A stretch of DNA of 63,996 bases, counting the filler, from Chrysochromulina tobinii (Eukaryota): NCBI GenBank assembly GCA_001275005.1. It is 11 parts of 11 records of this genome, joined end to end, with 100 filler letters (N's around TTAATTAATTAA, not from the genome) between each part and the next. Parts side by side here need not be neighbours in the genome. Positions count along the whole stretch, not along the records: positions 34,753 to 53,921 come from JWZX01000157.1; 10 more parts are not named here. One strand, written 5' to 3'. Positions 44,150 through 54,021 of this stretch are shown in pieces (the first letter of the stretch is position 1; each line of letters opens with the position of its first letter). The notes below the pieces were generated by a model. It was not told the DNA's origin and searched no databases. It was given only the letters and a program-made list of their open reading frames with translations. The translations under genes and the position numbers were made by a program.

Positions 44150-44360
44150 TCATGATGACCTCTCATTGCCTCTGATGACGCGTGATGACGACTGATGACG
44201 ACTGATGATGACCTCCCTCATCAGGTACTCGCGAGATTGTCCGAGGATCAAGGAGCAAGGACTCCGCGTTGTGGTCGGCTCGCCACCCCCTAATTTTGCC
44301 TCTGATTGCCTCTGATGGCCTTTGATTGCCCCGAACTGCCTCTGATTGCCACTAATTTAT
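44150..44360 (+). repeat. (TGCCTCTGAT / TGACGACTGA)-type decamer repeats in intron-like segments
   Basis: Repeat ends in CCCTCATCAG|G at 44224; similar units occur in the 2158-2237 intron. Confidence 0.65.
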
Positions 44361-44427
44361 ATCCCCTAATTGCCTTACACGATTAGAATGCATGAATCGC
44401 TTGCACCCGGGCACCACTGTACGTCTA

Positions 44428-44585
44428 GGTGAGCCACGCGTGAGCCACGCGTGAGCCACGTGAGCAAGGGGGTCAGATGAGCCCCACGCCAGGTGAGCAG
44501 GGGCTCAGATGAGCCGGCCAGCCCAGGTGTGGAGGTGAGCAAGGTGAGCCACGCCGCGCGAGCGGGGGGGGGTCAGATGAGCAAA
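44428..44585. repeat. GTGAGC / GTGAGCCACGC motif cluster
   Basis: Tandem GTGAGCCACGC and three GG(T/C)TCAGATGAGC-like copies. Confidence 0.7.
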
Positions 44586-45061
44586 CAGGCGAAGGAGGTA
44601 AGCCTTGGCCCAGGTGCGGCCACGCCAGCTGTCGCGGAAAGCTTCACGTGAGCGCCGCGCTCCACCCCTGTCGGTCCTCGGTCGTCTCCCGCACGCGGCG
44701 GGGGTGTCGCGCTCAACCCGCGCGCTACGCGCGAGAAGGAGAACGCAAGGCAAGAGGTCCGACAGGTGAGCCGAACGAGCCAGGCGTCTATTTGCACACG
44801 AGCGACACGTCGTGCCGAGTACAGAAAATGGAGCCAGAAGCTCGTGAGACAGCTGTAGAATCGACACTGACTTACTACACACAAGACACGTGAGTCGTGA
44901 CAGACGCCGCACAACCAGGCGAGCACACGTGCGCCCACGTGTCTACTAGCACTAGGCGCGTCAAAGTGGACCATGTCTCTGTGTGCACGGTCTGGTCTAT
45001 CGTACAAGTGCGCATCAGTTCTGAGCCTTCGCGTGGACTCTCTCTCCGTCTGCATCACCGT

Positions 45062-46501
45062 TCACTCACCCTGCACTCCGCTCAAGCCTGCCTCTAGCTT
45101 CGCTGGCCGTGGCGCCGAGAAAATCTGCGCCCGCTGCGCCTCGTTGAGCTTCTGCTTGACCAGCCAGAGGAAAACGCCGCCCGGCGTGCGCCGCCGGTTG
45201 GTGCCGTCAAGCGTGAGCAACCCTCCCGAGTCTTCAACTGCCCACGTCTGCACGAGTAACTGCCTACTCGCCTCTTCACCGACGAGCTGCACCACGCGCT
45301 GTATGGTCGAGATCACCTCGGGCTTCTGCTCCTCGAGGGACTCTGCGAGCTCCTCGCCCACCTCCCGAGCTTCTTCCCCTGCCACGATCAGCACGTCCTT
45401 GTCGGCCCGCCCATCCGCCGCCGTGTGGGCCTTCCAAGGAATTAATGCAGTACACTGCTCCAGCCAATGACCCGCCATGCCGCACCGCTTGCACAGATAG
45501 TTCTTCGGCGGCGGCCCCGCCTTGTACTCAGCGTAGCGCGGACAGTGCGTGAGGTAATGGTCGTTCGCCACGTGGCACGCGTCACACAAGTAACCCTTTG
45601 GCGGTTTGGTGCCATGCTTCGACTTCTTGGCCGACGGCGCGCAGTCCTGGGCAGGTGGACACGCGTCGTCCTGGGCAGGTGGGCACGCGTCGGCCGTGCC
45701 GGCGCCGCCTCGGCCGCCGCCGCCGCCGCCGCCGCTACTGCCGTCAGCGTTGCCAGTGCCGGTGGGCTCGCTGCCGACGAGCGCGGCGCTGCGCTTCTGC
45801 GGACAACGGTCGATCCAATGGCCCGGCACCTTGCAGAGTTTGCACATGTACTTGCTCTCGGGCGGCGGCACAGGCGGCCGCTTCTGGTCATGCGGCGGCT
45901 TCTCGGCGGAGCACTGCTCGAGCCAGTGCCCGGCAATGCCACAGCGCTTACACACGTAGCCCTTGCCGGGCACGCTCGTCAGCCGTTTGGCCGCCTGCTG
46001 CTGCGTTGCCGTCGCGAAACTCGCCAGAAGGTCGTCGTACGGCTGGTCGGGGCGCGCGGTGCGCAGCTGCACCGCGAGCTCGCCGATGCCACCGATCGCG
46101 TCGAGCTTATCAGGCATCACTGCGTTGGTCGTCTTCTTCACCACTGTGTCCACGAGCGCGCGCACCGGGCCGCCGTATGGCAACAACTCCTGATCGAGAT
46201 CCATCCAATTGGGCAGCCGTACCGACTTGACGATGTGCGGACGCTTGCGCTTGCCCGCGGCGGCGGGCGCGTGAGCCATAGCTGCCGGGGTATCACTCTC
46301 ATCAATGAGTCCACCATCTTCAAGCGGCACCGCCTCTCCCTTGGCAGCCTCATCGTCTTCATCAAAGTCGCGGTAGACGATGTGCGCGCGCACTGGCAGG
46401 TTTGCCCGCCGCTTCAGCGGCTGCACGAATGCATGATTTCCAAATGGATGGGTGAGCTCCGCCACGGCCGCGCCCAGTTCCGTCACGAGAATCTCGTCCA
46501 T
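45062..46501 (-). CDS. PHAX: PHAX RNA-binding-domain protein with four CCHC zinc knuckles
   Basis: L.EQK..I.RVV..VG..VEDSGGLLT.DG..RRRTPGGVFL.L.K; knuckles CKRC..GHWLEQC x2, CKLC..GHWIDRC, CDAC..DHYLTHC. Confidence 0.7.
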   Translation of the reverse strand: MDEILVTELGAAVAELTHPFGNHAFVQPLKRRANLPVRAHIVYRDFDEDDEAAKGEAVPLEDGGLIDESDTPAAMAHAPAAAGKRKRPHIVKSVRLPNWMDLDQELLPYGGPVRALVDTVVKKTTNAVMPDKLDAIGGIGELAVQLRTARPDQPYDDLLASFATATQQQAAKRLTSVPGKGYVCKRCGIAGHWLEQCSAEKPPHDQKRPPVPPPESKYMCKLCKVPGHWIDRCPQKRSAALVGSEPTGTGNADGSSGGGGGGGRGGAGTADACPPAQDDACPPAQDCAPSAKKSKHGTKPPKGYLCDACHVANDHYLTHCPRYAEYKAGPPPKNYLCKRCGMAGHWLEQCTALIPWKAHTAADGRADKDVLIVAGEEAREVGEELAESLEEQKPEVISTIQRVVQLVGEEASRQLLVQTWAVEDSGGLLTLDGTNRRRTPGGVFLWLVKQKLNEAQRAQIFSAPRPAKLEAGLSGVQGE

Positions 46502-47225
46502 AGGTCGATTTCCCAAGCACACAAGCACAAAAGCACACAAGCATTGGGCTCGTGTGCCGACGAGGGATGCTGTTCAACACAACGCGTATGACCTAAACTC
46601 CTCGACTTCCCACAAGGAGGCCGATATCCGTGTTGGATGCGGGTGACCGGCTCAGGTGCAACAGCGAACAGGTGCTCAACGCCTTGATCCAAAGGGGTAT
46701 GGGGAGGGTGTCTTTCTCTCTGGATTCACACAGACACACACCGATCTAGAATCCCCTGACCTCCTGATTTTGAACTCAGTGGTTGACCCAAAGAGGTACA
46801 TGTATGGGGAGGGATATGGCGAATTCTCGGGTGACAATAATGGCGCGTCGCCCCCCCCCCGGGCCAGCGCGTTTATTTACCGGCGCTAAAAGCAAAAAGG
46901 CGTGCCGGGGCGGGGCCGGGGGCCGAACGGGGGCGGGGCCCCGTACGCCTTAGTTCCCCTATTACGGCTTAGCCGGGCCCCGGGCGCGACAAAACCGGAT
47001 ACAATGTGTAGAGGTGGGTGGCGAATTTACGAGATTTCATCTCCCATGCATAACAAGAACCTCTTCAGAGACGCAACAGAGACGCCGCCACCCGCTCCCC
47101 ACCCAGCCTGGCCACCCTCGCAGGATAACGGACTCCTAAGTATGCTCTCGGAGCCGCATCATCAAAGTCGAATGGAGAACAAGAGAGGGTAGCAACAGCC
47201 GTAAGTAGGGTACACGCTTGTCAGC

Positions 47226-47843
47226 TCATTGAGGCGCTCGCTCGGCAAGGAGGACGCTCGGAACGCGCAGGGACCCAGCTGCCAGGGATTGAAGAGAGAG
47301 CGATAGAGAGGCGTCAGCTGCGGCATAAATCCCCGGCCGAACTCCACCCTGGTCATCCTTGGTTGATCGGCCCCGTGGCCGGCCTTGCCGTTTGCGCACG
47401 CCCGCCAGGTCCAGCTCGCGCAGCGTGCGCGTATACGCCAATGCCGCCTCCGCTGCAGACGGGAAGTTGCCAATCGTCCGCACCTTACCGTCCACCTTGA
47501 GCTGGGCTTGGTAGGTCACCTTGGCACTTTCCCGCTTGGTAGCCTTGGGGATGCGTTGGTAGACGCCCTTGTAGCCGGTGTTTGTATTGGCGACATGCAG
47601 CATCAGCCCCTCTGCCACGGCCTGTGCAATCACCTGTTCCACTGAAAGCCCCTGCGGCGCCTTTGTGCTGACCGGATTCGGTGGAGCAGCCTGACGCTGC
47701 TGCACCTCCGGGACGTCCGTCGCAACGATTGCAGATTGCATAGCAGCAGCAGCAGCACCCATGTCGTAGCTGGTGTCCGCCTGAGCTACCACAGCGTAGG
47801 CAGCAGGGATGCCATCGTCCGGGGCATCACCAAGTGCCAACAT
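47226..47843 (-). CDS. AP2/ERF-like DNA-binding domain protein
   Basis: TGYKGVY..YQAQLKVDGKVRTIGNFPSAAEAALAY; start and end uncertain. Confidence 0.7.
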   Translation of the reverse strand: MLALGDAPDDGIPAAYAVVAQADTSYDMGAAAAAMQSAIVATDVPEVQQRQAAPPNPVSTKAPQGLSVEQVIAQAVAEGLMLHVANTNTGYKGVYQRIPKATKRESAKVTYQAQLKVDGKVRTIGNFPSAAEAALAYTRTLRELDLAGVRKRQGRPRGRSTKDDQGGVRPGIYAAADASLSLSLQSLAAGSLRVPSVLLAERAPQ

Positions 47844-48055
47844 GCGGGTGCGGCGCGCCTGTACAAAAAAATTCCCACAACCGAGGTTTCACACGAAATT
47901 GCACGCATCATCAGGCGCAACTTGACACCGCAGGGAGTACTGTACCGGTCCCGGCTCTCCCCGGTGTATTTTTACCGGTCTCGAGTTGGGGTTCAGTGAC
48001 GCTCCGCCGCAACGCGTCTCCAGCACACCATCATCATTTCGCCGACTCGCCGACC

Positions 48056-49439
48056 ATGTTATCGCGCGCGATCCTGCAACGAGGCGCTCGGTGCCTTGCT
48101 GCGGGCTGCCGGCATCGGGCATCCTTCAGCACCCCTGCGCAGCAACCGGCGGGCCTCCTCACGCGGATAGGCCAAGAAGTTGCCGCCAGACCCGGCGCGT
48201 ACGCTCTCATACCCACAGTGGCAGCGGGGGTAGGTTTGGTAACGAATTGGATGGGGGTGAAGATGATGTTTGTGCCTCTCGAGTACCGCGGACTAGACTT
48301 GCACCGGTTCGACGATGCGCCGTACGGGCTGTTCGGTTGGCAAGGTGTGGTGCCGTTTCGGACGGAGAAGATGGCTCGACAGCTCACGGAGATTGTCACC
48401 ACCGATTTGCTCTCGCTGCGAGAGGCTTTCTCCAAAATCGATCCAAACCATTTAGCCTCGCTGTTGATGCCGCCCGTGCTCGAGGCCATTCGACGTGACG
48501 CGCCCAACGGCGAGTGGTGGGCGTGGGCCCTGCGGCCCTTTTTATGGCCAGTGCTGCGCTCGGTGGCAATCACGTTGCGAGCGGAGATTGAGGAGGTGCT
48601 CGATTTGGAGCAGGTCGTGATGACTGCATTTGTGCGCGATAAGCAGGTTCTCGTCGATCTCTTCCAGAGGGTAGGACGATCCGAATTGGATTTCCTGTGC
48701 TACGACCAAAGAACATCCAGAACCCCTCCCAGACTCGCCCTCGATCTAACCGTCTGCCTGCCATGTTCCCATGCGCACGCGCGCGTCTCGCAGGGTGCAG
48801 TCGGGATTGTACTTTGGCTTCCTCCTAGGGATCGGCCAGGCGGCCGTGTGGGCCATGGCCCCTCGAGCATGGACGCTGCCGGCCGCCGGCGCGCTCGTTG
48901 GCTACGTGACCAATTGGCTTGCCATCAAGCTTCTCTTCGAGCCAGCAGAACCTACGCCGGTGCTGGGTGGTGCGATCGTGCTGCAGGGGCTCTTCGAGAA
49001 GCGTCAGAAGGAGGTGTCCGAAGAGTTCTCCGCCTTCCTCGCCGCGCGAGTCCTCACGTCTCCCCGCCTCTTTGATGAGCTCGCCAACGGGACTCACCGT
49101 GCGGAATTCGAAGCGCTCCTGCGGCGCGTCGTGCCCTTCATTGTTCCCGACGCCGTCGTGTCCGCCGCCGCCAACGGGCTGCGTGACCTTGCCAGCGAGC
49201 CCATGCACCATCCGACGCACCTGTACGTCGCCGAGCGGCTCTGCATCGAGCCTACGCTATGCCATCGGCTACAGCAGCTCTCGCCGTCCAACTTCGAGAA
49301 CCTGCTGCATCCCGTGTTCAAGGAGGACGAGGTCGTGCTCATCGTCGTCGGAGGCGTGCTCGGCGCCGCTGCCGGCCTCGTTCAGCTCCGCTTTGGCTGG
49401 GGCGGGCCCGAGGCCGTGGCCAAGCTGGCGATGAGGTGA
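48056..49439 (+). CDS. DUF445-family membrane protein; intron 48697-48793
   Basis: IPTVAAGVGLVTNWMGVKMMF.P, GWQGVVP; splicing gives ELDFLVQSGLYFGFLLG; VGYVTNWLAIKLLFEP, LQGLFEKRQKEVS, FENLLHPVFKEDE..LI.VGGVLG. Confidence 0.85.
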
Positions 49440-49558
49440 CGCAGATCCCACGTGAATTGAACGTACCGCTCTTTAGTAAGGTCCTCAACATTGCGACTAG
49501 AACAACTCGTAATTGAGCGAGTTCACAAGTGTTCACAACACGGAATCGTCATCACAAT

Positions 49559-51259
49559 ATGGAGAATCATTTTGCCTTCATTCTTGCTGCGGTCACGTTG
49601 ACCTCGGCCACTTCCATCGTGCCCAGGCTATCGCCGCCGGCGCTGACGGCTGCGATCAAGCGCTCCCCGACGCTGCCGGCGCTCATCGAGCTGCACGCCC
49701 TGCAGCGTCACAACTTCAATCACATCCACATCTCCGCCTTCTGGGCTCGTGCCGGCGCTCTCGGCAGCGCAAAGTCCGCGCAAGCGCTGCAGCCGGCCGT
49801 GGAAGACACCCTTCGCTTGTGCACGACCGCCGAGTTCGGCTGCCGTCAGATCACGGGCACGGTGCACGGTTTGGCCAAGAGCGGCTTCGGGCGTGAGCCA
49901 GAGTGCCAGCCTCTGTGGAACGCGCTGTCGGAGAGCGCGCTCGGCCAGCTGCGCGACTACGGCCCGCGCGAGATCGCGACGACGGCGTGGTCGTACGCGC
50001 GGTGCGGCCTCGGTCAGGGTTACCCGAGGCTCTTCGCCACACTTGCCCTCGAGGCGCGCGGCAGGCTAGGCGAGTACACGCCGCAGGGCCTTGCGAACCT
50101 CGCGTGGGCCATGGCGAAGGCACAGCACGCGGCGCTGGCACTTTTTGCGGAGCTCGAGGCGGAGTTGCAGCGGCCGCACCGGCTCGCCGATTTCTCGGCG
50201 CGCGAACTCGTGAGCACCGCCTGGGCCTTCGCCGCGTCCGCGCAGTCGTCATCACCGGCCATCTTCGAGGCCATCGCCGCAGAGGCGCGTCAACGACTGG
50301 AGGACTTCACACTGCACGAGCTCGCGGTGCTCGGCTGGAGCCTGGCCGCCGCCGATGCAGACGTGGCGGGCGATCTGCTCTTCGGCGGCGGCGGACCAGG
50401 TGGTGCCACCTTTGCGCAGCGGTGCGAGGCCCAAGGACTCGAAGGCGCGGACGCTGGAACGCTCACGCAGCTCTGGCAATGGGAACTTTGGAGGCTAGAG
50501 CTGCGCAACCGAGCGCGCGGTACGACGTGGGCGGGCTTGTCGGCATGCGGCCGCGACGCTTGCCGTGACGCCTTCCTCGCTGAACCAACAAGCGCTCCGT
50601 CCAATTTTGATGCTTCCGTGCGCGCCGCTCTAGAGGCTATGGGGCTGCGCACGATCCCGAAGGTGCGTACGCCTGAGGGCTTCGTCCTCGACTTGGTCGT
50701 AGAAGCCCCCGGGCGGCGCCGGCGCGTGGGCATCGAAGTCGACGGTCCGCAACAGTACTTTGGTGCCCGCTCGCGTGAGGCCACCGGCGCCGCCCGGCTC
50801 AAGCGACGCCAGGTTCGAGCCTTCAGCGAGCTTCCGATTATGACGATTCCATATTGGGAATGGGAGGCACTTGGCAACGGAGACTTCTCGGCGGAGCAGC
50901 AGCGTAAGGAGCGGTACCTCACGTTTGCGTTTGCGGTGCGCGTAGGCTCGCGTGCGCCGGCTGGTAGGCTGCTGTCGCCAATGCAGGCGCCGCCCCAGCC
51001 CCAGCCCCAGTCCCAGCCCCAGCCCCAGCCCCAGCAGCAGCAGCACTCGCCGACGCAGCAATTGCCGACGCAGCCACCGCCGCCACAGCCGGTAGCCGAA
51101 GCCACCGCCGACGTGCTACCGCGCTTTCTGATGCGCCCGTCGTCCCAAGCGGCACCATATAATGCAACTCCCGGTGCTAGCGCCTCCCCCGCCCTCGCCT
51201 TTAGCCTGCACCCCTCCAGATTCGGTCGAGCGCTCGCGCAGCCCGGACGCGCTGGATGA
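49559..51259 (+). CDS. Helical-repeat (OPR/FAST-like) protein with a RAP domain
   Basis: Repeats PREIATTAWSYA, PQGLANLAWAMA, ARELVSTAWAFA; RAP IEVDGP..LKRR..IPYWEW; hydrophobic N-terminus. Confidence 0.8.
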   Translation: MENHFAFILAAVTLTSATSIVPRLSPPALTAAIKRSPTLPALIELHALQRHNFNHIHISAFWARAGALGSAKSAQALQPAVEDTLRLCTTAEFGCRQITGTVHGLAKSGFGREPECQPLWNALSESALGQLRDYGPREIATTAWSYARCGLGQGYPRLFATLALEARGRLGEYTPQGLANLAWAMAKAQHAALALFAELEAELQRPHRLADFSARELVSTAWAFAASAQSSSPAIFEAIAAEARQRLEDFTLHELAVLGWSLAAADADVAGDLLFGGGGPGGATFAQRCEAQGLEGADAGTLTQLWQWELWRLELRNRARGTTWAGLSACGRDACRDAFLAEPTSAPSNFDASVRAALEAMGLRTIPKVRTPEGFVLDLVVEAPGRRRRVGIEVDGPQQYFGARSREATGAARLKRRQVRAFSELPIMTIPYWEWEALGNGDFSAEQQRKERYLTFAFAVRVGSRAPAGRLLSPMQAPPQPQPQSQPQPQPQQQQHSPTQQLPTQPPPPQPVAEATADVLPRFLMRPSSQAAPYNATPGASASPALAFSLHPSRFGRALAQPGRAG

Positions 51260-52190
51260 GGCGGCCAGTGCGACGCTCGTGCTGGTTGGAGAGGTGTATG
51301 CCACGCCGCCGGTCGTTGCTTTCGAAGCGGCGCTCCTCAGCAGGATGCTCGGGATCGTGAGCACGCTTGGCGCCGTGGTGAGCGCACCGCGTGCGCCATG
51401 CGTGCATGTGGTGCTCGAGCACTTCAACTTCCGTCACCAGCCCATGCTCGATGAGTACATGCAAGGCGTGCTGCCGCTGAGCGCACTGCTCGAGCGCTAT
51501 GCGGCGGATGGCACTGAGAGCCACGAGCTCGTCCGTTACACTCCGCTGCTCGAGCTCGCGCGATCTCATGCTGGGCGCGCGCGGCTGGTCGCTGGCTTCC
51601 TGCCACGCCCGTTGGCGCAGGCCTTCATCGCCGAGGGGGAGGGTGCGGCTGAGGCGCTCGCTCACGCCAAGAGCGAGGGCTACCTTGGCGAGGACTTGCA
51701 CAATTGGGGTATGGACGCCACCGAGGCGCATTATGCCTTCTTTGAAAGCCTTGTGACGGGCCGCCCGCTGCATGGCGCGGCACAGGCACAGCAGCCGTCT
51801 AATCTGGCCCGCCGCCTCTTCCCAGCGCAGATCATGAAGTCGGCCGCAATGGCGCACCGTGTGGCGCGGCTCGCGCGCGAGCACCCGGCAGATCGGTATC
51901 TTGTCATCTGCGGCTCCTCGCACATGCTCTTCAATCATGGTGTGCCTGAACGGCTCTTCGCGGCGGTGCCGCGGCTCCGCGGGGACTGCTGCCGCATCGT
52001 CGCGCGCCAGGCCTCCGACGAGCAGCTGCTGCGGCCGGGACCAGGGCAAGGGGATGAACCCTCTGCAGAGCCCACGGCCGCCGCAGAGCTCGCAGCCGCC
52101 TTTGGCACCGACACGGACGCGGCCGATTTGGCCTTTCTCTATGGCGACTGGAAGCGAGAAGCGCGTAGTGGGAGCCTGGGAGACTGGTGA
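51162..52190 (+). CDS. ChaN/DUF399 (Tiki-EreA-ChaN superfamily)-like domain, possibly the 3' exon of the RAP gene
   Basis: VLVGEV, VVLEHF..Q..LD.Y, YTPLLELAR, AG..PR, AQIMK..MA, VICGS.H..GVP.R. Confidence 0.65.
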   Translation: MQLPVLAPPPPSPLACTPPDSVERSRSPDALDEAASATLVLVGEVYATPPVVAFEAALLSRMLGIVSTLGAVVSAPRAPCVHVVLEHFNFRHQPMLDEYMQGVLPLSALLERYAADGTESHELVRYTPLLELARSHAGRARLVAGFLPRPLAQAFIAEGEGAAEALAHAKSEGYLGEDLHNWGMDATEAHYAFFESLVTGRPLHGAAQAQQPSNLARRLFPAQIMKSAAMAHRVARLAREHPADRYLVICGSSHMLFNHGVPERLFAAVPRLRGDCCRIVARQASDEQLLRPGPGQGDEPSAEPTAAAELAAAFGTDTDAADLAFLYGDWKREARSGSLGDW

Positions 52191-52392
52191 CTGCAAGAGT
52201 ACAGAGACCGAGAGCTCGGGACCGAGAAGCGAGATCAGTTATTTATAGATAGAACACGCGGAGATTAAATCTCGTCCTACAACTACATCCTCACATGCAT
52301 TGCATCTCCGGAGCAGCTGCTAGCAGCTGTCCCTCCGAGCTCGGGCCGGCCTGCTCCCCCCGCCCCCACGAGCTTGTGATGCGACCTCAGAC

Positions 52393-53790
52393 TCACACTC
52401 GTTCAGAGTGTGCTGAGGGCGCGCCTGCCGGCACGATGCCTCGGGGCGAAGCCTCGCCGCTCTTGGGCGATGCGCATGACGGGGCGCATCGCCCTAGAGC
52501 GACCCACTCTTTGCTGCGGCCGAGGTCTACATGGAGCTCGACGCCGCTGACGCCGCTGCCACCGCTGCTCCTTGTACTGCCGCTGCCGCCGCTGCCTCCG
52601 TTACTCCTGGCGCCCGCGCCGCCACAGCAGGCTTTGGAGGGAGCTCCGTCCGCAAGGCTAGTCTCGTGATCAGAGTCGCGCAGCAACTCCATCTCCTCAG
52701 CGTGGCTGGGCGCTTCAGATGCTTCGGCGCTCCGCCGCGAAAGGGCGCTGCTGTTGAAGAGGCACGTAGACGAGACGACGAGGAAGACGCCACACACGAC
52801 CTGCCACGTGAGCGGCACGCCGAGGAATGCCGTCGACACCGCGCAGTTGAGCACGATCGAGCCGCCCACTGCAAAGGTCTTGAGGATATTGTCAGCGTAC
52901 TTGAGCGCCATCGAGACCGCTATACCTCCGAGCGCAGACAAGCAGACAGTGAGCCAGGCCCAGCCATTGAAGCCGACGAGGAGCGAGCCGTCGAGCACGT
53001 GCGGCGCGTCGTGTATCAGCATGCACACGCAGCTGACCGGCAGCGCGAAGACCGAGAGCTGTATCGACTGCAGCCAGAGGGTGAGTTTGACTGTCTTGAA
53101 GAGCTTCTCGAGGAACACTCCCGCATAGGCTGAGAGCACGGTGGATAGGAGCATCGCAGACGCACCCCGGATCGTATTCTCGGGCACCACGCGCCCGGGC
53201 GCGACTGTGATCCTTTCACCGTGATGCGAGCCCCGAATCTGCATGACCGTCATTCCGAGGGTGAGCAAGCAGAGCGAGACCCACTGGAGATGGCTCAGCC
53301 GACGGCCGAGCATGAAGACGGAAGCGATCGCCGTCGTTATCACCTTCATCTGCGAGGTGACCGCCGCGGTGATTGAGTCCAGGTGCGAGAGCGCGTAGTA
53401 CCACAGGTTATTCTGCAACGTGTAGCACAGCGCGGGCACTGCGAACATCAGCGTCTCGCTCGAGTGCTCCAAGAGGAGCCCACGGATCTGCTTGGCGGCC
53501 GCCCTGATCGAACCCAGCTCATAAACGAGCAGCAGCACGGCAGCGCCGAGCTTAAAGACCTCGGCTAGCGACACGGCGACCGACGGCAGGTACGCGGGCT
53601 CCAGTGTGCGTGAGTACGACGTCACCACAATCAGCGATGAATTCTGCACGACTATCAAGCCGAGGCAGAAGCCACGGATCAGTGAATCGTCGCTGGCCGA
53701 GGCCGCCGATGCCCCCCCGGCGCGCTCGGCACTCGCAGCGGCCATCGCGATCTCGGATCGCAGAGAGAGTTGTCGGCTTCTACTCGACAT
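52393..53790 (-). CDS. SLC35A-type nucleotide-sugar transporter
   Basis: VVQNSS, AEVFK, AVPALCYTLQNNL, SQMKVITTA, AYAGVFLEKLFK, GGIAVSMALKYADNILKTFA. Confidence 0.9.
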   Translation of the reverse strand: MSSRSRQLSLRSEIAMAAASAERAGGASAASASDDSLIRGFCLGLIVVQNSSLIVVTSYSRTLEPAYLPSVAVSLAEVFKLGAAVLLLVYELGSIRAAAKQIRGLLLEHSSETLMFAVPALCYTLQNNLWYYALSHLDSITAAVTSQMKVITTAIASVFMLGRRLSHLQWVSLCLLTLGMTVMQIRGSHHGERITVAPGRVVPENTIRGASAMLLSTVLSAYAGVFLEKLFKTVKLTLWLQSIQLSVFALPVSCVCMLIHDAPHVLDGSLLVGFNGWAWLTVCLSALGGIAVSMALKYADNILKTFAVGGSIVLNCAVSTAFLGVPLTWQVVCGVFLVVSSTCLFNSSALSRRSAEASEAPSHAEEMELLRDSDHETSLADGAPSKACCGGAGARSNGGSGGSGSTRSSGGSGVSGVELHVDLGRSKEWVALGRCAPSCASPKSGEASPRGIVPAGAPSAHSERV

Positions 53791-53921
53791 CGACCGACGA
53801 CGTGTGCGGGTGCGGCTTAGCCTTCCTATAAAGTTTGAGAAAGGGTCAGTTGAATCGACACACAAGGTACCGACCAGCCACTACCACGCGAAACACTGCC
53901 ACGCAGTGGTCGCGTCGCTCG

Positions 53922-54021
53922 NNNNNNNNNNNNNNNNNNNNNNNNNNNNNNNNNNNNNNNNNNNNTTAATTAATTAANNNNNNNNNNNNNNNNNNNNNNN
54001 NNNNNNNNNNNNNNNNNNNNN
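53922..54021. other. Artificial contig linker
   Basis: 44 N + TTAATTAATTAA + 44 N. Confidence 0.99.
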
